IMG/VR virus record: IMGVR_UViG_3300015306_000001
Length of the DNA: 64,000 bases
DNA from: an uncultured virus (IMG/VR IMGVR_UViG_3300015306_000001)
Lineage: Duplodnaviria; Heunggongvirae; Uroviricota; Caudoviricetes
Direction: 5' to 3' (one strand)
How positions within the stretch are numbered: the first letter of the stretch is position 1; each line of letters starts with the position of its first letter. Below the pieces are notes generated by a model that was not told the DNA's origin, did not search any database, and was given only the letters and a program-made list of their open reading frames with translations. Of this stretch, positions 1 through 10,139 are shown one piece after another. The position numbers and the translations under genes were made by a program.

Positions 1-1434
1 GCCGCACTTAGGAGGAACGGTCGCGCCTGAAGCCACCTTGTCACTATAGCTACCAGAACGTCCGCCTGATCCCCCCACGCTGCCCCCCGTAGCCCCACTA
101 CCGCCGCCGCCGCCGCCAAAGATGCTGCCACCGCCATCGTTTGAGAAGCCTGAAGTGCTGTTACGGTTGCCACCAGCACCCCCACCATACTCTGCTGATC
201 CTCCAGCATTTGCGCTGCCAAAACCACCCTGGAAGCCGGATGCGGGAAAACCGACACCAACACCTTTCGCCGCAGCTCCACCGTTCCCGCCGCTGCCAGT
301 GTCACTTCCCGGGTTGCCTCCTCTTGCGTAGCAGCCGTCTTCGATGCTCCCGAAGGATGAGTCTCCTCCAGCCGTGCCCGCCGACGTTCCGTTTGCACCG
401 CCTAAACCCGCCGCGCCAACAGTGGCAACATCAACTGTTCCCGCCGGCTTCTGAAGGATCTTCGGGGGAGAATGACCGCCGCCGCCGCCTCCGCTTTGAC
501 CGTTCGCCCCACCACCGCCGCCGCCGCCGTCACACTCAACGATCGCACCATTGACACCGGGGGGCCAAATCAGATTTCCCGAACTGGTGAACTTCTTGGT
601 GCCGCCCTCGAGCACGATCGACCGCAGCGCCGTCCCGTCGCACTGGATGAGCCGCACCTCGCCCGGATACATGATGAAGGACGCGAGCCCGTCGATCGTC
701 TCAGAGCCGTTCGGGTCGAGGGTGATGTCGCCCGAGCCCGCGTTACGCAGGTAGGCGAACCAGCCCGCGCCGAGCGTTGCAGCCGCCAGGAAAGTCTGCG
801 TGAACGTGCCGGAGGTAATGTCTATCAGAGCGCCCTTGTCGGCCTTGGCGAGCGCCGTGTTCGACGTGCGAGCGACCCGGTTGATGAGCGAGGCCGAATA
901 AAGATCAAGCGGGGTGAATTCGTAGGCAGTTCCTGCTGCATTCGCCCGCAGGAACTGAAGGGCGGTACTGGAATTTAGAGCAGGGATGTTGAGCCCTTGG
1001 GCATAGCTTTGAGAGCGGTCCGCTTGCGTCGTGGACCTATCGGCTTGATTTGCGGCCAATGTAACCTGATTTGCAGCAAGTGAAACTTGCGCAGCAGATT
1101 TCTGCGAATAATGATAAGCAGAATAAAGGCCGCTTGTAACTGTCTGATCTTCTGGCTTGTTAGCCCATTCCTGAGCACGGTCGCGGTATTGACCCGTTGT
1201 AGTCACATCCTGAGTCGTCTTAGCGCGATCTGCCGCAGTTGCCACGGCGCTTGCTGCCGCCTCTGCGGCTGAGTCAGCGGACCACTGCGCAACGCTTACA
1301 GTCGCTTGTAGGTCAGGAACAAAGTTCTGCCGATGTCCGCCCTGAGCCAAACCGCCGGGATTGTTAGTTGCGTCATAAGCATTGCCATTCGCCGCATTGA
1401 TGCGGTTTACGGCGTCAGTTGGCTTCGTTGCCAT
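1..1434 (-). CDS. Tail fibre / receptor-binding protein with glycine-rich C-terminal domain (3' end runs off the window)
   Basis: Not in the ORF track. Translated by hand from ATG at 1434 (TAATG overlap with the upstream stop): MATKPTDAVNRINAANGNAYDATNNPGGLAQGGHRQNFVPDL..., open to position 1. The distal part is rich in GGGGG motifs. Last gene of the tail module. Confidence 0.8.
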   Translation of the reverse strand, partial: MATKPTDAVNRINAANGNAYDATNNPGGLAQGGHRQNFVPDLQATVSVAQWSADSAAEAAASAVATAADRAKTTQDVTTTGQYRDRAQEWANKPEDQTVTSGLYSAYHYSQKSAAQVSLAANQVTLAANQADRSTTQADRSQSYAQGLNIPALNSSTALQFLRANAAGTAYEFTPLDLYSASLINRVARTSNTALAKADKGALIDITSGTFTQTFLAAATLGAGWFAYLRNAGSGDITLDPNGSETIDGLASFIMYPGEVRLIQCDGTALRSIVLEGGTKKFTSSGNLIWPPGVNGAIVECDGGGGGGGANGQSGGGGGGHSPPKILQKPAGTVDVATVGAAGLGGANGTSAGTAGGDSSFGSIEDGCYARGGNPGSDTGSGGNGGAAAKGVGVGFPASGFQGGFGSANAGGSAEYGGGAGGNRNSTSGFSNDGGGSIFGGGGGGSGATGGSVGGSGGRSGSYSDKVASGATVPPKCG

Positions 1435-2321
1435 TAGCGAAGTTCCTTGATTTCAAAAGCCATCGAATTGGCAATGTCGCCGTCTGCCCATAGGACTTGT
1501 TCAAGCGGGTTTAGTTGTCGGTTGCGGCCCATGAAGTTTCGACGCAAGCCATTAAATTCGTCTTCAGGGTCTGGAATAACGAAAATTTCGCCATGAATGC
1601 CAGCGCGGCGAAGAAGTTCTAGAAACGATCCATAAGCTTCATCATCACTCATCATTTCGAGTGTGAAGCGGATAGAGCGAATTGGTTCGCGAACGTCAAA
1701 AAATTCAGCACCATTGAGTGCGGTTTCAACCGCTGTATTGGTTTCATAACCAAAACCAGAGCCATAAGAATAATTCGCGGCAGGCTGAATAGCTGGACCG
1801 ATGAAAACGCGGCCGATCTGGATATAACCAGCAGGATTGGACGTATCTTCGACTCTGACGCGAAAATAACGCGCTGAACGAAAACTATCCAGAATCTGTG
1901 TTGAAATAGCCGTGAAGCCTTCGATATCCTCAGCAGAATAAGAACCGATCCAGAAGTTATCGTTTTCCCATTCGAGTGCGTCTATATCCCAATACGTATT
2001 CGCGACACCGTTCCAGATATCACCATAATACGAATCGAGAATAACGCTAAAATCAGCGAAGGCAGACGATTCGATTCGAACGCGCGCAGTTACTGAAATG
2101 TTGTGATTAACCAGCGCCAAGATGTTGATTCGACGCGGTTGGCCAAGATCGATAACGAATTGCGTAGAACTAAGCTGAGCATTTGTTGAACGGGCAACGC
2201 GCGCGAAAAGGCGATTCTGAAGGTTCGAAAGAGGAAGGCCCGTAGTCCACGAGCCTCCGCTAAGACTGGCTTGATCGATCCGATTAGGAAAGCCAAGCAT
2301 GATATTTCCATTATTCGCCAT
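1434..2321 (-). CDS. Tail tip / minor tail protein
   Basis: 295 aa, in the tail operon between the hub-like gene and the fibre; beta-rich phage tail-like sequence. Confidence 0.65.
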   Translation of the reverse strand: MANNGNIMLGFPNRIDQASLSGGSWTTGLPLSNLQNRLFARVARSTNAQLSSTQFVIDLGQPRRINILALVNHNISVTARVRIESSAFADFSVILDSYYGDIWNGVANTYWDIDALEWENDNFWIGSYSAEDIEGFTAISTQILDSFRSARYFRVRVEDTSNPAGYIQIGRVFIGPAIQPAANYSYGSGFGYETNTAVETALNGAEFFDVREPIRSIRFTLEMMSDDEAYGSFLELLRRAGIHGEIFVIPDPEDEFNGLRRNFMGRNRQLNPLEQVLWADGDIANSMAFEIKELR

Positions 2322-2326
2322 GCTGC

Positions 2327-3877
2327 TTATCCATAAATGTCAAGGATCGTCGTGCCGTTTGCAAAATCCTCTTCCATGCCAATCACAAGGAATTTCTTGC
2401 CAGCGTTAAGACCGAAACGATTCAATCGAAGCGAAACGATATCACCAAGATTGATATTATCAGCGTATTCCGTCTTGAGAGGGACGCGGTATCGATCGCG
2501 CTTGACCTTGTAAAGGTTCAATCGCCGCGTTGCCTCAGCTTGAGCATCTGCGGCGTTAACAAGAAGGGACTGAAACGTTAATTCCTGAGCCATCAAGAAA
2601 GCTGTTGCAACGGTGTCGTCTTTCACGACAACGGTTCGCCATTCTTCGCCGGCAAACGCTTTAGCTGCTTCCGTCGCAGCCGTGTTGCTGATTTGCGTTC
2701 CGGTTTGAACTGTGTAGTTATAACCGTATTCGAGCGTTAGCTTTTTTGCCGGAAGGCCGCGCCCTTCGTCGTTGGTAACAACACGCTCGATACCAGCGCC
2801 ACGATCAAGAATGTATGAACTATCATACTCAACCAGCGCGTTTCCGGTTGGTGCATCGATTCTGAAGAAACGAAGAACGCCTAATCGATCTGGAACGCAC
2901 GTCGCGCCGATACCGTCAAGCAGTTGCGAAATGATTTCAAGGCGCTCTGCTTCACCCGCACCAATCCAAATGCCAATATCAGCCGGATTTAGTGCATGGA
3001 GAGCGTTGAGATCGGCTACCGAATAAGCGGTTGTCGGCAAACCCATGAATTCAAGAAGACGTTGGACGTTGCGGGCCGCTGAGCGTTGACCACTTGCGCC
3101 TTCAGTTGCATCAACCGTAATCTGACCAGCCGGCTTTGCTCCAATACGAAACAAACCAAGCGCGGTTGCTGTTGCGTATTGTCCACCCGTCATCGTTGCA
3201 GTTCGTAAGGCTTGTATTGTATCATAATTTTGTGTAAAAGTCAAGGGCACACCGTTATCACGGACAACTATTCCGCTATTAAACGTGCGACTTGTAACTT
3301 GGTAGATAAGATCAAAACGGTTCGCAAGAACAGGGGAAAAATTGAAAGCTGAACCAAAAAGAAGAGGTTTGGGCTTATCTTTAAGGTCGTCTACGTTTCC
3401 TTCGGCTGTATTCTGTCCGCCAGCCGTTGTTGTTCCTAGATATAGCGTTGGCTGCAAAGGCTTCTTGAAATCAAAAAGCCGATCACGAATTCTGATCGTT
3501 ACCGTTGTCCACGAAAGTTCAACTTGTTCCATCGTTCCGGCAAACAAAAGGGTTCGAGTAGACCAAGCGGAATCAACAGCTTCAAGCCCATAGATCGCAA
3601 GTGTGCGACCATCAACCGCACAACGGGCAAGATAATCAAGAGAACCTTCAGCGTTCGCAAGTTCGATAAAACCAAACGTAACGTCTGGCTCGCCCGAAGT
3701 TGTTCCGTTGGAAAAAGTGGTTCTTTCGTATTTACCCGGCTGCTTGACACGCTCATCAAATGCCGTATTAGCAGGCGTGTCGGTTGGAGAGGTAACATAG
3801 CCATGTGTGCCGAAGCGCTGTTTTTCAACAGCGCCGGTCACAAGATTGTAAGCATCAAACTCAACAAGATATATCAT
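2327..3877 (-). CDS. Minor tail / baseplate-hub protein
   Basis: 516 aa directly downstream of the tape measure (ATGA overlap); KPKPLLFG motif and C-terminal LGDIVSL..RFGL..GKKFLVIG typical of tail hub proteins. Confidence 0.7.
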   Translation of the reverse strand: MIYLVEFDAYNLVTGAVEKQRFGTHGYVTSPTDTPANTAFDERVKQPGKYERTTFSNGTTSGEPDVTFGFIELANAEGSLDYLARCAVDGRTLAIYGLEAVDSAWSTRTLLFAGTMEQVELSWTTVTIRIRDRLFDFKKPLQPTLYLGTTTAGGQNTAEGNVDDLKDKPKPLLFGSAFNFSPVLANRFDLIYQVTSRTFNSGIVVRDNGVPLTFTQNYDTIQALRTATMTGGQYATATALGLFRIGAKPAGQITVDATEGASGQRSAARNVQRLLEFMGLPTTAYSVADLNALHALNPADIGIWIGAGEAERLEIISQLLDGIGATCVPDRLGVLRFFRIDAPTGNALVEYDSSYILDRGAGIERVVTNDEGRGLPAKKLTLEYGYNYTVQTGTQISNTAATEAAKAFAGEEWRTVVVKDDTVATAFLMAQELTFQSLLVNAADAQAEATRRLNLYKVKRDRYRVPLKTEYADNINLGDIVSLRLNRFGLNAGKKFLVIGMEEDFANGTTILDIYG

Positions 3878-6800
3878 CGGGAATTTGCCAGTTTCATGTT
3901 TTCAACTGTTTGAGAAGCAATCTTATTGCCTTCCATTCCAGTTTCGTTGTTCAATTGGAAGCCAGCGGCAACCGTGCGAGTTAGATTGTCAAGCCGACGC
4001 TCAACGCCTTCCATTCGACTATTATCGTTTGCATTAGGCACGACGCCGTTGCGGTTGATAAAGTCCAACATGCCCCGCGTCTGCGTATTCACAGAAGCGG
4101 CGCGAGTGACGAACTCGCCGTTGGAAAGCTTGGCCATAATGGAATCGGAAGTTCCAGTTCCCGGCCCGGTAACAAGCCCACCGCCAGCATAAGCAACGCG
4201 GCCATCGGCTAGTTCATTCTTTCCGTGGAGGTTCCAATGCGCTTTGACAATATCATCGATTGATGCCCCTTCCGATAGTCCAAAGGTTTGACCAGCCTGA
4301 ATTCCGCGAAGAACATCAGGGTTATTGATAAGATATTGGGTCGTCCGATCAGAAGCGGGAGCTTTTGATTCAGGCGTTGTATTGGCACCTGGACGTGTTG
4401 CTAGCGCTGCGGAAACAAAAGCACTCAGCGCAACACTAAGAGCCATGACGCCAGCATTAAGACCTGTAATCGCCTCGTTTTGCTTTTCAAGCAATTCTAG
4501 CTCTTTTTGGCCTTGTTCGATCTGTGATTCCAGAGCTTTCAATTGTTGCTGATTGGCAGAAAGTGCTTTTCCAGCGGTTTTTTCTTGTTCGCCAATTAAC
4601 TTCCGCACTTCCTCGAATGAGCGGTAATACTCTTCGGATGAAGCGTAGTAGCTTCGTGACTCTTCTAGATATCGCTGACTTGCATTTGCAAGTTCTGCTT
4701 GAGCGTCTTCGTCACCGGCAGCGGCTTTTGATGCCGTATCACGGAATTGTTGCTGAGCTTCTAGGAAACGTTGATAAGGCGAAAGCGTCGAAACGTTCTC
4801 ATCCGTCAACATCGACTTACGGAAAGATTCCAGCGACTTCGTGTAGCTTTCGAGCGAAGAAATTGAAGTTTCTAGCTCAGAAGCTTCCTTCTGTCGTTCC
4901 GTAAGCAACTTATTGATACGGGTTGTTTCGGCTTGATATGAACGATCAAGATTCGATCGAGCAATCGTAAGTGCCGCATTTGCGCGCTCAGCGGCAAGCG
5001 CTTGTTCTAGTTTTGCGAGCGCTTCAGTTCCATATTTAGCGGCTTCGATGCGCTCTTGCGCAGCCTTGTGATCGAACAGAACAAGTTCGTCGTTTGCGTT
5101 TTTAGCAGCAAATAGACGTTCGTCATAAGATTCGATCGCACTTTTGATTTCAGAAGCCGTTGCTTTAAGGGCGGCAGAAGAAAACTCTTTCACAACGCCT
5201 TCAAGCTCTGGGAACTTACGAATAAGTTCCGCAAACGCATCGCCTGTCAACTCAGAGCCGTCAACGATGGATTGTGACTGAAGTCGGAACAATTCCGCAA
5301 AGTTGGTTTGATCCGCACCCAGAATAGAAGCATCTTGTTGAAGCTGCTTGAATTCCTTGATCATCTCTCGCGTTTCGGCAAAATAACCCTTGCCATTGAG
5401 ATCATCAATTCGATCCGCGATTCCTTTTTCAAATTCGGATCGCATATTAGCCAGAGCTTGATTTAGCCGCTCACCAATCGCCTTCGCAGCTTCGTCCGCA
5501 CTCCAACCAAGGTCTTCTAGAACGCCCTGAAGGCCCGCCGCCGTTCCGCGCAAACCGTCAACCGTCTTTTCGACTTCGCTAACGGTACGCTCCGTATAAA
5601 GAAGGCTAAGTGCATATTCGCCCGCCGCTTTGTTGAAACGCTCCAAAGCTTCAGCGCGTGCCTTTTCGGTGTTCTTGGCCTGTTCTTGTGCCGCAGACGT
5701 ATTCAGAAAATCAATAGAGCCAACATTGCCGAAAGCAATATCAATATCGTCCTGCGTCTTTTTGACTTGCTCAGAAAGAGCTTTTGCGGCATTCCGACCT
5801 TTTGCGAAAGAGCCTTCTAGACCTTGCCCGGAAGCAAGATCGTCAACCATATCATCGAAGCCGTCTTGGAATTCCTTGAGCATTTTATTGAAGCCATCGA
5901 AAAGCTTCTTGCCCGTGGAATTGAATTGGGCCGTGGAATTGCCCGATCCCATCTTCCAAGCGGCGCCACCAGTTTGCATAAAGCTGGAAAGCTGCCCCCA
6001 GCCATCTGTGACGTATTTACGAAGATCGCCAGACTTTTCACCGGAAAGGGAACGATCAAACGCCTCATACTGAGGACGCATCTCTTCCCATTTAGCAGCG
6101 GCTTCTTGGTGCTTCTGCTTGCGTTGGGCTTTGCCGCCGAAGATACCGCCGAGAATGCCCGACCCAAGACCGATAAGCCCCCCGATAGGACCGCCAGACA
6201 TGAAGCCTGATAGACCACCAGTCAAGCCGCCCGAAAGAGGGGAACCGGAAGAATAGCCAGAGCTAAAGCCACCAAGACCGGCTGACAAACCACCTAGCGC
6301 AGAAAACTCGGGATACTGGACGCCAAGGATAGAGCCGGCACCAGTCATACCGTTCCAGCCCGAAGGAGCCGCGCCGGCACCGCCCGTATTGATGCGCGAA
6401 CCAACCGTTCGCATATCGCCGTTGCTAGTCCAAGCGGTTACAGTAGAAGGCTGAAGCCCTGCACCAGCTTGGCCAGTGCTGATACGACGTTGCGCGTCGA
6501 TTACACCTTCAGAAACGCCTGCTTTTAGTGCGCGAGATTGGTCAATAGAAGAAGTTGTATTTAGAGAATTGTCACCGTTGTATTTACCGTAAAGGCTTCC
6601 AAAGCGGGAACCGTATCCATTAACTGAAGTGCCAACAACGTCCTTGGCATTCCAATTCTTCATCCCGCCTTCGCCCGCGAACCAAGCCCGTGAAGCACCT
6701 TCAGGGCCATATTTTTTCATATAGCTGCCGAAACGATGCTCAAAGATTTTATCTTGTAGCTCTACAGAGCGAAGAAACTCAACCTTTCCAACTTCCCGCC

Positions 6801-9435
6801 CAATTGCGTCTCTAGACCATTGCGGAAGGTTTGCGCCCATCATTTGATAAGCACCTAGCGCACGATCGCCTGTTCGCGTTGCCGGGCCAATAGCAGAATA
6901 GTTGCCAGCAGCAGACCCGCTTTCGATTGTTCGAATGGCTTTAGCCGCAGCAGTCATACTTGTAGAAGCATTTTTAAATGCAGGAACAACGCCTTGTTGA
7001 AGGGTATTTACAAGAGAGTTTGCGTTGTTTTGTGTAGGAGCCGAGTTTGTGGATTGAGGAAAAAAGCTATTTCCAGAACCAACACCAGTGGCTTGGCCAG
7101 GGTTGAATAGCCCACCAAAAAGCTTGCCGAAAGCTTGTGAAGCGAGTTGGTTTGCGAGCTTTCCGAACATATTCATCAAGCCGCCGAGAAGGCCAGTGCC
7201 TTCGCGAAGCGAGTCGTTTAGAACATCAAAAGCGGATTCGCCAAGGTCTTGGAAGTCAATGATGCCATCATTCGTCTTTTTAAGAGCATCATTATATTTC
7301 ATCTGGGCAGCATATTGCTGACCCTGAATCGACAAATAATCGACGCCAACAGAACGAAGACGCTCAGCAATTTGCTGATCTTCCTGATTAAGGCCGCGAA
7401 TCTGCGTCTTGAAGTTAAGGTCATCTTCAAAAGCGGCAAGTCGCTCCGACTGGCGCTTTTGCTCGTTGAGAGCGCGAAGCTGGTTGGTGTAATCTTCAAC
7501 GCTGGCGGCGGCAGCTTCAATAGCTTGCCGCTCATTCTCTGGAATAACCTTGCCTTCACCAACGGCACGCTGCGCGTCCGAAAGCGCCTGAAGGCGATAT
7601 TCGTATGCGGCGGCAGCGCCTTCCGACATGCCGAAAGTATCAACCTGGGCTTTTAGACGATCCGTTGTCTCACTAATAGCCGCAAGTCGCTCATCAGCGG
7701 CTTTGCGAACCTTGTCCGCCTCTTCTGTAGCTGCAATGCCAGCTTCTTTGCGAATGCGCGTGAGATCGTTGAGCTTGGCAGCTTCCAGAGCCGCGACACC
7801 AACCGCATCGCCTTTGGTACGTTTGTATTCTTCGATCTCTCGATTATATCGCTGCGTAGTTTCTGCGATCTGCTTTTCAAGTGGCCCAAGTCCGACATTC
7901 GCAAGAGATTCTGCGGTTTCCGCTTGTTTCTTTTTGGCGTCTTCAGACAACTTATCGAGTGCAGCGTTTGCTTGTTGATTAGCTGTCTCAATAAGGCCAT
8001 TGATTGTACGCGGATTATCGGCTACAATCTTATTGATTGCAGCGATCTGCTTGGCGTAGTTATCTTGGATTTTCTGAGCATCGGAGCGCCCATCAGGGTT
8101 ATATCCTGCGACTTCCTTTTGAAGTTCGGAAAGTCTCTGCTTGGCTTCATTCGATTTCGTTCGAACTTCATCAAGCGCATCCGCAATCCCAAGGAAGGAG
8201 CGGCGGGCTTTTTCACCTTCCTCGGAATTTTCGAGAAGAAACTTTGCCGTTTCTTTCAGATTTTCAGGTGTATCACTTTGAATGACCTTAGTGAGGGCAT
8301 CACGATAAGCAACGAAATCAGGAACACCGGCCCTAGCGGTGTCTTGAAGGTCTTTCAGGGCCTTACGAATAGGCTCTGCTTGCGTGAACGAGCGGCTACG
8401 CTGATTATAAAGCGCATTAACCCCAGGAAGGTCCTGCATGTCAAACGCCATGCGCTGAAGATTGAAGAGGTCTTTCTTGGTTTGCGCCCCAACTTCAAAA
8501 TCCATAGCCGCGCGTGAACGCCGCCCAGCCGCTTCAGCGGCAGGCGCGACAAGATTATATTCTTCCGTTAGAGCCTTGACACTAGCGGCCTGCCGCTTGA
8601 TAATGTCTTCAGTTGGTTCTACATCGCGTTTGAGAACCTGAGCCAAACCGATAGCAGCAATCGTAATTCCACCGAACGCAAGACCAATAGGGCCAATTGC
8701 GGTAGCGGCACCAATTGCGTACTGCTTGATTGATTCTAGAGAACCTTTAAGACCTTGCGGCCCCTCTTCTAGAGCAGAGAAGGTTTGCCCAGCTTGCGTT
8801 GCAAAGACTTGAAAAACACTCGAACCAGAAGCAAGCATGGTCAAGGCATCATTGCCTTGACGGGAAAGGTTTAGAAGCTGATTTGACGTAAGACCAATCT
8901 CGCCGTTCGCCTTACTCATGACAGAAGTCAGCTTAGTTGTCGCTGTCATCTGAAGATTGGCGGCGTTCGCGGCATCTTTTCGTGCGTTAGAAGCGGTTGC
9001 AGCCGTTAGCGCTCCAGCCTTTTCAGCCAGAGCAATTTCTGCAAGTGTATCTTTATACTTCTGGGAAATTGCAAAAAGAGGATCGTATTTCGCACGAAGA
9101 GCGTTTACGTCTGGCCCTTCAGGAGCCTTCGGCGCGGGCGTTTTAGCGAGCTTGTCTAGCTGAGCTTGAAGAGAAGAAACCTGTTTCTCAAGTTTCTGGA
9201 TATTTGCGCGGTATTTGTCAACCTCTGGCGCGGCCTGTGTAAAAGGCTTACCAAGGCTTCCAGCAGCGGATTGCGCAGCAGCGTTGATAGACTCAAGAAG
9301 AGTTTCAACCTTGCTAAGACTAACAGAAGCGGTATTGCCTGCACTCTTAACATCTTTTTCAAGCTTGTTAAGAGCGGTATCAACAGAACCAACATCAGCG
9401 GTAATTTTTAGCGTAAGATCAGTTGGTTCTGCCAT
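3874..9435 (-). CDS. Tail tape measure protein with internal lysozyme-like (transglycosylase) domain
   Basis: 1853 aa, Ala-rich and coiled-coil, follows the tail chaperones. Lambda-TMP-like N-terminal block (LSRQGND...QVFATQAGQ), internal AIRTIESG..NY...GAYQMM segment, C-terminal GGLVTGPGTGTSDSI motif. Confidence 0.9.
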   Translation of the reverse strand: MAEPTDLTLKITADVGSVDTALNKLEKDVKSAGNTASVSLSKVETLLESINAAAQSAAGSLGKPFTQAAPEVDKYRANIQKLEKQVSSLQAQLDKLAKTPAPKAPEGPDVNALRAKYDPLFAISQKYKDTLAEIALAEKAGALTAATASNARKDAANAANLQMTATTKLTSVMSKANGEIGLTSNQLLNLSRQGNDALTMLASGSSVFQVFATQAGQTFSALEEGPQGLKGSLESIKQYAIGAATAIGPIGLAFGGITIAAIGLAQVLKRDVEPTEDIIKRQAASVKALTEEYNLVAPAAEAAGRRSRAAMDFEVGAQTKKDLFNLQRMAFDMQDLPGVNALYNQRSRSFTQAEPIRKALKDLQDTARAGVPDFVAYRDALTKVIQSDTPENLKETAKFLLENSEEGEKARRSFLGIADALDEVRTKSNEAKQRLSELQKEVAGYNPDGRSDAQKIQDNYAKQIAAINKIVADNPRTINGLIETANQQANAALDKLSEDAKKKQAETAESLANVGLGPLEKQIAETTQRYNREIEEYKRTKGDAVGVAALEAAKLNDLTRIRKEAGIAATEEADKVRKAADERLAAISETTDRLKAQVDTFGMSEGAAAAYEYRLQALSDAQRAVGEGKVIPENERQAIEAAAASVEDYTNQLRALNEQKRQSERLAAFEDDLNFKTQIRGLNQEDQQIAERLRSVGVDYLSIQGQQYAAQMKYNDALKKTNDGIIDFQDLGESAFDVLNDSLREGTGLLGGLMNMFGKLANQLASQAFGKLFGGLFNPGQATGVGSGNSFFPQSTNSAPTQNNANSLVNTLQQGVVPAFKNASTSMTAAAKAIRTIESGSAAGNYSAIGPATRTGDRALGAYQMMGANLPQWSRDAIGREVGKVEFLRSVELQDKIFEHRFGSYMKKYGPEGASRAWFAGEGGMKNWNAKDVVGTSVNGYGSRFGSLYGKYNGDNSLNTTSSIDQSRALKAGVSEGVIDAQRRISTGQAGAGLQPSTVTAWTSNGDMRTVGSRINTGGAGAAPSGWNGMTGAGSILGVQYPEFSALGGLSAGLGGFSSGYSSGSPLSGGLTGGLSGFMSGGPIGGLIGLGSGILGGIFGGKAQRKQKHQEAAAKWEEMRPQYEAFDRSLSGEKSGDLRKYVTDGWGQLSSFMQTGGAAWKMGSGNSTAQFNSTGKKLFDGFNKMLKEFQDGFDDMVDDLASGQGLEGSFAKGRNAAKALSEQVKKTQDDIDIAFGNVGSIDFLNTSAAQEQAKNTEKARAEALERFNKAAGEYALSLLYTERTVSEVEKTVDGLRGTAAGLQGVLEDLGWSADEAAKAIGERLNQALANMRSEFEKGIADRIDDLNGKGYFAETREMIKEFKQLQQDASILGADQTNFAELFRLQSQSIVDGSELTGDAFAELIRKFPELEGVVKEFSSAALKATASEIKSAIESYDERLFAAKNANDELVLFDHKAAQERIEAAKYGTEALAKLEQALAAERANAALTIARSNLDRSYQAETTRINKLLTERQKEASELETSISSLESYTKSLESFRKSMLTDENVSTLSPYQRFLEAQQQFRDTASKAAAGDEDAQAELANASQRYLEESRSYYASSEEYYRSFEEVRKLIGEQEKTAGKALSANQQQLKALESQIEQGQKELELLEKQNEAITGLNAGVMALSVALSAFVSAALATRPGANTTPESKAPASDRTTQYLINNPDVLRGIQAGQTFGLSEGASIDDIVKAHWNLHGKNELADGRVAYAGGGLVTGPGTGTSDSIMAKLSNGEFVTRAASVNTQTRGMLDFINRNGVVPNANDNSRMEGVERRLDNLTRTVAAGFQLNNETGMEGNKIASQTVENMKLANSR

Positions 9436-9450
9436 ATTCTACCCTATTGT

Positions 9451-9751
9451 TCAGGAACAGCGATCAAGCGCTCCCAAGTAATTGATTTGATTGTCGAGAA
9501 ATTTTTGAAGCGCTAGAACTGTCTCGTTTCGAGACTGCGCCATTGCATAAGCCGCATCGCGATCCATTGGCTTCATAATAACTGCTGCGTCTTGAAACTT
9601 GACACGCGATAGCTGGTCAATCTGTGATCGCGTTGCATCAACCATCGTTTGTGCCGCATCACGAATTGTTTGACAAACAGCACGATCGGAAGCATGTGAA
9701 GGCACAGCAAAGACCACGCAAAAAGAAAGGGCGATAAAACAGGTACGCATC
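9451..9751 (-). CDS. Secreted/periplasmic hypothetical protein inserted in the tail operon (moron-like)
   Basis: Likely start MRTCFIALSFCVVFAVPSHA (signal peptide) after an AAGGAG RBS; TTGACA upstream overlaps the stop of the chaperone gene. Confidence 0.6.
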
Positions 9752-9809
9752 GTTGATCTCCTTATGGATCGGTTTCGATGGCCTGATATTATCGCCCCTA
9801 AAGCGGATG

Positions 9810-10139
9810 TCAAGCCTCCGCTGGTATTTTTGGTTTTCTTTTTAGGACCGTAGCCCCTGGAATCGACAAAAGCTCTTTCTTGATGTTTTCGGTTTCGCTC
9901 TTGTCGTTCTTTCGTGTTTTCTTTTTGTTCTTATTCATATCAATGCCGTGAATAGCGGCATAGAAAGAGTTTTGCTCATCGTAGCGTCGATTCGCAGCTT
10001 CAGCCGCAAGTTCAACAACGGGCATTGGAAGATTGATGAGGTCTTTGTATCGCCAATATGGAAGGGCAGCGATCATACTACCCAACCATTCATCGATCCA
10101 TTGCTCTGGGGTTAGGCCGCGCTCTCCGTTGCCTTTCCC
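9810..10139 (-). CDS. Tail assembly chaperone, -1 frameshift extension (gpGT-like C-terminal part)
   Basis: The -1 frame is open from the G GGA AAG heptamer (10133-10139) through GKGNGERGLTPEQWIDEWLGSMIAALPYW... to the stop at 9810. Confidence 0.85.
   Translation of the reverse strand, partial: GKGNGERGLTPEQWIDEWLGSMIAALPYWRYKDLINLPMPVVELAAEAANRRYDEQNSFYAAIHGIDMNKNKKKTRKNDKSETENIKKELLSIPGATVLKRKPKIPAEA

Noticed and set aside
122..978. Pro/Arg-rich plus-strand ORFs and GCC runs
   Set aside because: They are antisense shadows of the Gly-rich tail fibre on the minus strand, not genes or a microsatellite.
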